NCBI RefSeq assembly: GCF_009834535.1
Contig: NC_045697.1
Span: 93,188,001 to 93,252,000 of the forward strand
Length of the DNA stretch: 64,000 bases
Reading direction: 5' to 3'
Origin: Camelus ferus
Lineage: Eukaryota
Shown: positions 54,294-64,000 of the stretch, piece by piece
How positions within the stretch are numbered: position 1 is the first letter of the stretch
Layout of the letters: every line of letters starts with the position of its first letter
Translations under genes and position numbers: made by a program
The notes under the pieces: model-generated
Seen by the model: the letters and a program-made list of their open reading frames with translations, nothing else
Databases searched by the model: none
What the model was told of the DNA's origin: nothing

Positions 54294-56505
54294 CTGACTC
54301 TTTTTAATTAGGCCAGCATAAACTTGATACTGAAAGAACATTAAACAGAAAAGAAATCACACTTCCAACTCTGCTATAAACATTGATGCAAAATCACCTC
54401 AAAAAATTCTTGCAAATGGAATCCAGCAACAAATAAGAAAAAATATTTTAATGACAACTTTTAAATCTAAAAAATATATTATGTGAAAGAGCTTTGTCAT
54501 AAATTACAACTAAATGTTGAGATAAGTAAATTGCAAATAAATGAAAGATATATCATATTCACTGATTATGAGATCCTACGTTGAAAATATATAACTCTCC
54601 CCAAGCTGATCTGTAGATTAGGTAGGTATCTGTGTGTGTTACTTGATAAACATGTTTCTAAAATTTTTATGGAAAAATGAAAAATAAAAAATGAACAAGA
54701 CAATCCTGAAAAAGAGAAAAAGCTAGATTTTTTATAAGGGTTATCAGAACCCATTATGAAGCTATGGTAATTAAGACAGTGTGGTATTAATGTGAAATTA
54801 GAAATTCTCTAATTTCTATTAGAGAAACAGAACAATGAAACAGAGTCCAATAAGGGATTACATATATATGGTCACCTGATTTGTGATAAATGTGTCACTG
54901 CAGTGAAAGAGGGTAGGATGAACATTTATAAAAGAAGCTTGTTAATTGAATCTTCATTTGAAAAACTATACATTAACTTCTATCACAGTACACAAAAGGA
55001 AATTTCAGATTGCTTGCATATCTTCAAATGGAAGGTAAAATGATAAAACTTTGCAAGGAAAACATATGAGACTATCATCATGACCTTAGAATAGACAGGC
55101 TTTTCTTAGACACGAAAATTACTAAAGGATTAACAAAAGATTAATTTGGATATATTGAATAGAGTAATTTATTTGTTATGAGAAGACAACCCTGAAGTCC
55201 ACAGAGAAAGAAAAGATCAAGGCAGTACATATTTCTAACAATGGACTAAAATTTGAAATACATAAAAAACCTCCATTTGCCAATTTTATTTAAAACATGA
55301 AAGAAAGCCAAATGAAACTAATAATCAAGCAAAAGACATAAAGAGATTATACTAGGGGATGTCTAGCTTAATAATAAGAATAAGAAAAGGTATTCAACAT
55401 GATTATAAATAAATGTACATTAAAATCACAATGCAATACCACTACACTCTGAATGGCTAAAATGACAAAAAAGAAAATATGACATATAGACAAAAATATG
55501 AAATAACTGGAAATCTTATTTCCTTGTGGTAGAGGTGATACTGTTGCACAGAATTTGAAAAATTAACCAAGAATACTTATTAAAGGTGAAAGTATGCATG
55601 CTTGTGACACAGTGATTCTATTTCTAGGCTTAAACATGCTGTGGTTTGGGTCCCCTGGAAGCCAACAGTGAAATGGAGTTTAGGGTGGAAATTAAATGTG
55701 GGGATATAAGAAGTTATAAGAATCAATATTTATAATATTTATAAAAGAAGTGGAAGGAAACAAACTTGGGCAAAGTCAAAAGTTAAGAAGCAAAGCAAGT
55801 TTGACAAAACCTGAACAAATCCTGTGGAAAGCTCTGGAAGGAGAAGTTCCTGAAAAAATTGTCTCAGGACAGCCTGAATGACCCAAGTCTCCATATCCTC
55901 ACTTCATTCTGTTTTCAAATGCAGGCTTCCCAGAAAGTGTGTGACCACAGGCAAAGCAGCTCTCTGTGTCTGGGGCAGAGCATGAAGGAGGTTACAGCTG
56001 GGAGTTGTTTGCTAACCAAAGACCTTGCAGCTGGCAATGGGTTCTTGTTCTTCCTGGATCTGGGCTGTTGTGTCTTAGTATCTATTACAGTATTCAACAG
56101 AAATGCATGCACAGTCACATGTGCACAGACACACACACACATACACACATATGCACACAAACTAGTAAAGTAACATATCGGCACTGTATAGAATGGCTGA
56201 AAACTAGATAGAAACAAAATGTTCCTTAGGGGAAATGCAACAGGTATGGTTCTCACAAATGTAACATTGAGAAAGTCTCCAGACACAAAAAGTAAAATAT
56301 ATGAATCTATCTATATAAAATTCAGAAACAGGAAACACTAATTAGAAAGTTGACACTAAAAAAAAAATGTTGACACAGAAAATTGGTTACTGAAAGAGAG
56401 TAGATCGGGTTTATGTTTCTTTCTGGTGATGTCTTATGTCTTGATTTGGAAGTTGGTTATATTAGTGTATTTATTTTGTAAAAATGCATCAAACTATACA
56501 CTTAT
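54294..56505 (+). mobile_element. Old L1ME-like ORF2 plus 3' end, sense, interrupted by an LTR
   Basis: ASINLILK...INIDAK...KILANGIQQ (cf. ORF2 ASITLIPK...MNIDAKILNKILANRIQQ); taattaagacagtgtggtatt. Confidence 0.85.
55637..56089 (-). mobile_element. LTR16-like ERV-L solo LTR nested in L1
   Basis: ggtttgggtcccctggaagc...gaaatggagtttag...agctctggaa...ggatctgggc...tctattaca. Confidence 0.7.
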
Positions 56506-59109
56506 TTTTATTGTATTTCTTTCTAAACTTTTCATTATAAAGATTTTCAGACATCCAAAAAAGCTGAAATAATTTTATAATGAATACCAATATGCCCATT
56601 AACAGTTAAATTTCATGGCTTTTTTGAATAAAATATATTCTAAATAAGAACTTACATGATAATGTTATAAATGGTGGATGCAACATATTCTTTAAATTTA
56701 ATGTCAATTGTTACTGAATATTCTTGGGAATCTTTGATGCCTAGAGTGGTTTTTTTTTTTGAGAAATATAATGTGTCTATATATTCATGCATATGTTTAG
56801 GTAGACAATATATAGATTAAGAATATATAATGTATGCATGCATATATATAAGAGTATATATTTGAGAATGGATGCATAGTCAAATGTACACACACGGACA
56901 CAACGTACGCCAATAGCTTCAAAGCTTATAAATGTACTTTGCAAGCTATCATCTCATTCACCCAAATATACACAGATTTTTGAGTCCTAGAATTGCTCTC
57001 CATATGGCATCCTATATTGGAAGTGAAATAAAAAGTATTTCTTGATGATCTAATTTATCAGGATGATACAAAGCTTTGGATAAATAATTCAATTTTTACA
57101 GGTGTATTAAAAATTTATTTATGATATGATTTTTGTGAGGTGAAAAAAATGAATGTCTGAAATAATGGAATATGACTAAACAAAAGCATTCTCCCTCAGC
57201 GATACCTTATTAAGGCTATTGCAAGATGAGAATTACAATATTATTATATGACTAAAGGACAAATGGTTTATATTTGTTTCTATTTTCTTGCTCTGTAGAG
57301 AAAAGACAATATGCAAAGAAAGAGTATTAGATAGCTTAATACTTAACAATAGTCAAAGGTTCTTAAAATGATGTGTATGACAGTCTTAGTCCCTCTCCAG
57401 GCCCATTGTGAATTTTTCTAAATTGTTTGTAAGTAGAATCAAAAGGCACTTACTAATAATCCACATAAATAATATAAATGATAAATTCCAGCTTAGTGAA
57501 TCATGTATCATAGACAAACATTTGTTATAATAAATGTGTTGTTTTATTTTCCCCTCTCTATCACCCTGTCAGCTTATGTGAACAAGATGCTTTAGTTCAA
57601 AGCTTCACAGTGCAAATTCCTCTACTTCAATTGCTACAGACACCCAGCTGTCCGAGACTCTTCAATTATTTATTTATCCTTTATTTATCTATAGCTCAGC
57701 AGAACAATGACTTGCTACCACACATCTTTTCTAAGTTTGAATGATCATGAAACTCAGAATATAAATTCTTGAGGGATCTGGATAACCTAGTTAAAAGGAA
57801 AGAAATTCTGCAATCCAATCAGAACACGCTATTGCTTCTTTCAGGAAGTTTTCCAAAAAATATTTTAACTTGAAATTGTCAGGAACAATTCTGATGATTT
57901 ACTTGGAAATAAAAAAGCAAACTGCAAATTAGACCCAATGTCTTATTTATTTGTTTTGTTCATAGCTGTTTCTTCCTTTTACATATGTGCCAGTCAAATG
58001 ACAATAATCATTGAAAAACTTCCCTTCACAACACATACTAGTATGTTTCCTGGTCTGTGAGATATCTGTATAATAGCACTGTAATATATTACAGACAAAA
58101 ATACAGCTGTGACAATACATAAAATATCTATTCTTTGAGATTTTAATATTATATTTACATTTGCTGTATTTAGTATTTACAGAAAATACTGAAAAAAGTT
58201 AAACTGATTTTTGATGAAAGATGAAAACTTGTGCATTTATAGAAACTTTTTATAAATGGTGCCTTGGACTGTATAGTATCAATGATACTTCCAAATGTAA
58301 AATGTTTTAAGGATATATCCTATCCAAAATACGACCACCACTAGTCCTTTTAAAATTGATCAAAATGTCATAACTCTAACATTCCTGAAGTCAACTGAAT
58401 AAATCATTATTTTCAGCTACCATGCTTAGGGACACAAATATAAATATATAAATAGAGATAGGTAGTCTTGCTATGATAGACTTTTTCAAAAGAGATTGTA
58501 TGAATATTATATTTTCATTTGACTGTCACAATACATATATTGTCTCAACCTTATTTCTACTATTTCACTAGTTTTATGATAAATGTGAGGATACTGGAGA
58601 CCAATATCCTTATATTGAAAATGAAAAGTTTATACAGTTTATTGCTAAAATCCTTTCAAGTTCTTATATTGATAGGTTTATTTCAATAGCTCCCATCAGC
58701 TGTTCTGTTGTTGAATAACATAGTAGGTACTTGCTCAAGTTCTTATACTTTCTGAGATTTGAGTAAATATTAAAATTTTTTTTAAAGAATCTAGCTAAAG
58801 TTTTCAATTCAGCATCCATTTACTGTAATGGCCAACATCTAGGTATATGAGCAAGACACATGTGCTTCTTTCTCTGTATGCCTAACCCTACCAACTTTGT
58901 TGTAATATTATCCTCTCCAAACTCCTCAGAGCCCTAAATACATTAGTTATGCCATTCATCCATCTGTCTTCAAACTCTCCCTTTTAGAAATTCTTTCTCG
59001 TATCATCTTTTAAAGTTTACTCAAGTCTGTACTCTTACAACACACACACACACGGATCCACACTTGCAACAACCCTGCCTCCTCCACACACATACACACA
59101 CTACTTTTG

Positions 59110-59320
59110 TCATCCTCATATCTTAAGCTAATAACTGACCTCCAATAGATTGTCCCATCTTAGGTCACCAATGGCAACACTATTATTGACTCCAAAGAGA
59201 ACACTTCATTCCGTATCCTAGTTGAAATGACTGCAGTATCTTCTCTTTCCCTTCATTTCTGAAGACGCTCTTCCTTTGCCTTCAGTGACACCACTTTCCT
59301 CTCAGGCATTTTCCCATAAT
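59110..59320. mobile_element. L2 fragment
   Basis: ggtcaccaatg...ttcctttgccttcagtgacaccactttcct. Confidence 0.5.
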
Positions 59321-59324
59321 AGGG

Positions 59325-59475
59325 GAAAATGTCATATCTGGAGTCAGATTAACTAGATGTCAATCCAGGCTTCATCAATTCTTTTTCGTTATGATATTGG
59401 AAAATATCTTAACCTCTCTTTATCTCAGTTTTCTCATTAGCAAATTAAGGATAACAACAGTACTTACATCACTGG
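59325..59475 (+). mobile_element. MIR SINE
   Basis: tctggagtcaga...cttaacctctctttatctcagttttctcatt...aaggataacaacagtactta. Confidence 0.8.
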
Positions 59476-59489
59476 CTGTCTCTGTGCAG

Positions 59490-59880
59490 CAGTAAGTCTT
59501 GTCTTGGTGTTTCAGACTACAGAGAGTAGACGTGGGTATGTCAAGGAGGAGGAGCACTTTTTCTAGCTGTTATTATTGATGGGGATCTTGATAAGTGGCT
59601 CCTAATTGATCCACTAATTGGGCTGCCATCTGTTGGTAGGTTGGGGGTCAGGAAACAATAGTTCTAGGAGCCTTCTTCTGTTGGTGGGATCACACAAGGT
59701 TCCTTGCTGATGTACTATTCCTCCAATACCCAGAGTCCCAAAGTAGCTTGTCTTCTTTTCACACCTTTCAGAGTTTTCCCTTGTTTGTCTTTTGTGTCAT
59801 TTCCAGAATTTAGTTGTGCATAGCAGAAGAAACAAGAAAAAATGTGGCTCTGTGGCATACTGTCTGGACCAGAAATCCAT
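59490..59880 (-). mobile_element. Old L1M 5' end, antisense
   Basis: cctttcagagttttcc...ttccagaatttagttgtgcatagcaga. Confidence 0.45.
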
Positions 59881-61729
59881 TATGTATTTTATACTGAAAA
59901 ATGCTTCACCTGGGAGTCATAGTAACTGGTATTCTCTTTGCTTATAATTACTTCAGGTGTCATATTTGAGAACTGGTTCAATCATGGTGGTCAAATATTG
60001 TAGAATAATAATATTCCACAAATAATGCTCTCAATAATAATTAAATTGTTTTTTATAAAAGATCAAGACTTTAAAACCTAATAATACAACAACATAACAA
60101 TTGCAGCATAGTAGCTTTTTATTAATAGAATCTTGAGGCAAATGACAAACTGAGATAAACAAGATTATATTTATTCTTATCAAATATTAAAATATGAACC
60201 AATACTTCTACTTTTAGTATATTATATAATAAGTTCAAATATCATGGATTTATTAATGGGGATTAATACACATATTTGGATTGTACTTTAACCCTGTTTA
60301 CTGAGGTACAATTGGCCTTTGCAAAATTTATTGATTTTTACATAGACAATTTGATGGGTTTGACAAATGTATATAGTTTTGTATTCACTGCCAAAGTCAA
60401 GATATATAACATTTCCCTTATTGTATAAATTCAGATATGCTTTGTTTTAATGTAATTATAAAGATAACATTAATTACATTTACTTCTTTATCTATTTAAT
60501 ATGATTATAAAATTCAATTACTCTTTAGTAAGTTTAAATTTTTTTAAATTGAGTGTTTCAAGTAACATAGACTCTTTAATTAATTATGCATGATAAATAT
60601 TTGACTCAACAAACGAACTTTGCTCCATATGCACTTTCACACAATGGCTGGCTCTAATATGCTAACGTTGCACAGTTTCTAATTTTATCACATTATTTTA
60701 AAATCTAAGTAAAATGGTTAGTTTAATTATTAATAAACTTCTGTAAGTTAAACACATATTTTCATGTAACTAATGGTACACTGTTGATAAAAAATAGGCT
60801 TCCATAAAAACTGCATTGAAGGGCATTGTTTTTCTTTCACACTTCATAAAAGCTAGATGCAAATTTCTGATGCACATTTCTCTATTTCTTTCTCTACTTT
60901 GAAGCCTAAGCTGAAAAGTTTAAATGTTTGCATTTCTATTTAATGATACAAACAAAATTTTCTTCTGTTTCTCTCTTTACTGTTGGCCTTGGGTTTACTC
61001 TGGAAGCCTCCATTCATGTCTCTTATAGGAGTACCACATATTCCAATCTTAAACTAGGTCATTTCTCTTTCCCTTTCCTTTTGTGATTTCCTTCTGTTTG
61101 CTGAGGACTTTGGTCATCATTTTCTATGTTTTATAGGAAGCCCTGGGGACACTTTTTTGTCCACTCTGACTCAGTACTCAGTACATTTCCCCTCTTAGTT
61201 CTTCCTCTTCTTCTTCCCCTAAACCCCCAGGGCTATAAAATAGGAAGAGCCTTCTGTTCATGACTCCATGGATAGTGAGAAGATCCCCATACCAGTGCTG
61301 ATCCACTTGACCCTTGCCCAGAACTGTTCTAAGGGGAAAAATGAAACATAAGAGAAATCTATGATTTTTCTTGCTTAACCTCATACAGTCTCAGTAAGCA
61401 ATTAGTGGCTTAAGTATTACTTACATTTTAGCTTGTTGTTTTAATTGACCACCTGAACAGCTCGGCTCAGTTGCAATCAAGAGAGTACACTGGGGCTTAG
61501 ATTTTTTTTTTCTAATTTTGTTGCACAATATAAATTTTACTTATTGTTGAAATTTTGTGTATAAATACCCAGTTTAGTAAAGAAAGCACTTAATAACCAA
61601 TATGTATTTCTTAAAATTTTTTTTGTGTATTTTTAAGGTGGTAAATTTTGCAAAGCATGCTCCTTAATACACTTTAAAGAAATATATATTACATTGGTAT
61701 GACAGATTGTAAGTTTAAGCCAGACCCTA

Positions 61730-62125
61730 CTTGGAAGAATAAATTAGCAAATACTTCTCAATGAGATTAGAGAAAAAAAAATCCCAGAGAAGATGACATT
61801 TTTCTTAAATATCAAGAGTTATTGGATGATAAATGGGGAAAGACTACTTTAAGGAAAGACATAGAAATTGAACAGTTTGAAAGACGTTGTTGCTAGGAGC
61901 AGGTAGGGGTATGGATGTAAATGAGGCTACAAACATAGGTAGAGATTGTATCTAAAGGGACTTTCAGTAATTCAAAGGAATTCTGACTTGATCTTGCATG
62001 TAACAGACATAAAAGAATTGTAAGCATTGGGAATAGAGAGGAACAAGACAAGTTGCAATTTAGAAAGAGAACTCCTGCTTGCAGTGTGGTTTATTGTGGA
62101 GGGTGGAAATTAGATGTCTAGAGCC
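61730..62125. mobile_element. L2 fragment
   Basis: aaggaattctgacttgatct...tgcaatttagaaagagaactcctgcttgcagtgtgg. Confidence 0.6.
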
Positions 62126-62134
62126 CATGGACAA

Positions 62135-62650
62135 AATTTAAAAGACTTACAATTCAAAATGTTGGAGAAGATGTGGCACAACTGGAACTTTCATAAATGC
62201 TGGTGGGAATGCAAAATTAATTCAGCCACTTTGGAAAGCTGTTTGTCAGTGTCTCAAATACATTCACCTATCACATGAGGAGGCATTTGCACTGCTAGGT
62301 ATTTACTCAAGAAAATGAAAAGACATATTCCCACAAAGACTTGTTCTAGAATGATCAAAGCAACCTTATTCATAATAACTCCAAACTGGAATATGCTAAA
62401 TGTCCATCAAAGTGATGAAAGGATAAATACATTTTTGGAATGTCCATCCAATGTCTATCACTCAGCAATAATAACAAATTGTCAAATGATACATGTAGAA
62501 ACATGGATAAATCTCAGAGTCATAACACTAAGTGAAAGGAGTCAGAAGGGATTTCAAATTTATATCATAATTTCAGAAAAGCCAAAAGTACATAAACACA
62601 AAGCAGATTAGTGGATGCTAGACTCTGGGATGAAAGAGAACTGTACTACC
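62135..62650 (+). mobile_element. Old L1M ORF2 C-terminus/3' end
   Basis: tgttggagaagatgtgg...tgctggtgggaatgcaaaat...cagccactttggaaa; ORF 62315 is L1-derived. Confidence 0.85.
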
Positions 62651-63269
62651 AGGCTTGGATAAAGACCACCATGATTTTATGTAGTCTACACAGACACTGA
62701 TATTCAGCGCCTGGTATACTACAAGAGTCATCTGTGTTGAGCCATTCCAAATTTTCATTTCATTCTGCAGTAGCATGAATATCATAGATATCAGAAAAAA
62801 AATACACCTTAGAATATAATCAGATTAGAATATATTGCTGCAAATATCCTTCCAGTCTTGTAGCTGACTAAATCAGTTAATTTAAGCAGATGCTAGACAG
62901 ACCAAACATTTTGATACACATTCCCAACCTAGCAGGCACAGAGCCCTGGCCAGGGCAGTGCGCTGATGAGACCTGCTAGACAATTACATGTGTCTGTACC
63001 TTCTGGTCAGGAAAACCCATGCCCAAGTGATGCACAGGTGCCATCATGCTATTCTGTCCAGATAACTGACCCGTCTGAGTAATAAATATGATCTAAAAAC
63101 AAGGTTGATGGCTTCACTGAGAATTTATGGATTTTTAAAAGCAAATTACATATATTGCTGTCAAAGAAATAATCCATAATAAAGTACATTAAAATAAGTT
63201 TAAAATAATAATAGAAAGTTGAGAATTCATTAAGCAGATTAATGTAAATGAAACTGTCAATGTTATTTT

Positions 63270-63985
63270 CTGAAAGTACAATTCAAGGATTAATTGATAC
63301 AATGCATATAAAGTGCACAGAACAATCCATAGCACTTTGTAAATGCATATAAGGGGACAGAAGAAATACTACAGTTTGTTAACAGGTACTATTGCCAAAG
63401 GTATGCTGGAACAGGTATTCCTACATACTACTGGCAAGACTCTAAACTGGTATAATTAAAGGATGGTAACTTGGAAGCTACTATACAAAGTATGTATATC
63501 AAGTTAGAATCAACAATTATACTAATAGAAATTCACCCCACATGAATATTCAAAAATCAACAAGATGCATTTACTGATATAATTGCTGTAACACTGTGTA
63601 TAAAAGACAATTAGAAAAAATTTTATGTCCACTTATACTGAGACTATTAAATAATTATATGTATAATGTGGATTACAAGGAAGACACTTAAATAATTGAT
63701 GGCTATCTAAAACAGAAAATTACAGAGAAGTGTGCATTAAGACCTTGAAGTAAATAAAGCAGGTTGTATAAATAAATTCTTTTGGTGTGAATGTTTGCAT
63801 ATTGTTTTCTTTGAGTGTGCACAATGAGCTGCTAACATATGTTTCTTTATGGGAAGTGGCTTTAGATAATTATGAAGACAGGGGCCAGGAAGACCAGGAT
63901 TTTTTCTTTTATTTATACATTTTACTAGGGAATTTTGCTAATTTCATGTAGTATATTATTGTTTTATTTCTAGTGTGAATAAATA
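63270..63985 (+). mobile_element. Very old L1ME 3' region
   Basis: catactactggcaagactctaaactggta...ttaaataattatatgtat. Confidence 0.55.
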
Positions 63986-64000
63986 AGATACCTAATTAGC

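Noticed and set aside
55859..56286. Overlapping ORFs on both strands
   Set aside because: They lie in an LTR16-like repeat and a CA tract
1..64000. CRISPR arrays, operons, tRNA/rRNA genes or other prokaryotic systems
   Set aside because: The sequence is mammalian; no regular repeat-spacer arrays, dense coding regions or RNA-gene signatures were seen

Overview
AT-rich, CpG-depleted placental-mammal genomic DNA, either intergenic or deep intronic. I recognise no protein-coding exon, RNA gene or CpG island. The listed ORFs are chance or come from repeats. The repeat content is ancient eutherian elements (MIR, L2, L1M, MaLR/MLT1, LTR16, ERV-L, hAT) plus younger cetartiodactyl-type L1 and ERV1 LTRs. 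The youngest L1 3' end resembles camelid L1, which is an inference from memory. The most notable structure is a 2.8-kb ERV1 copy (46939-49713) built like an L1-processed RNA: 5'-truncated, one U3-R LTR with no U5, poly(A) 13 nt after AATAAA, and a 9-bp target-site duplication. Also notable are a ~95% identical 110-bp inverted copy 6.3 kb from its source, an older ~180-bp direct duplication, two head-to-head L1 junctions, nested LTRs and several candidate enhancers. Repeat family names come from recalled consensus sequences, not database searches, and boundaries are approximate unless termini are quoted.
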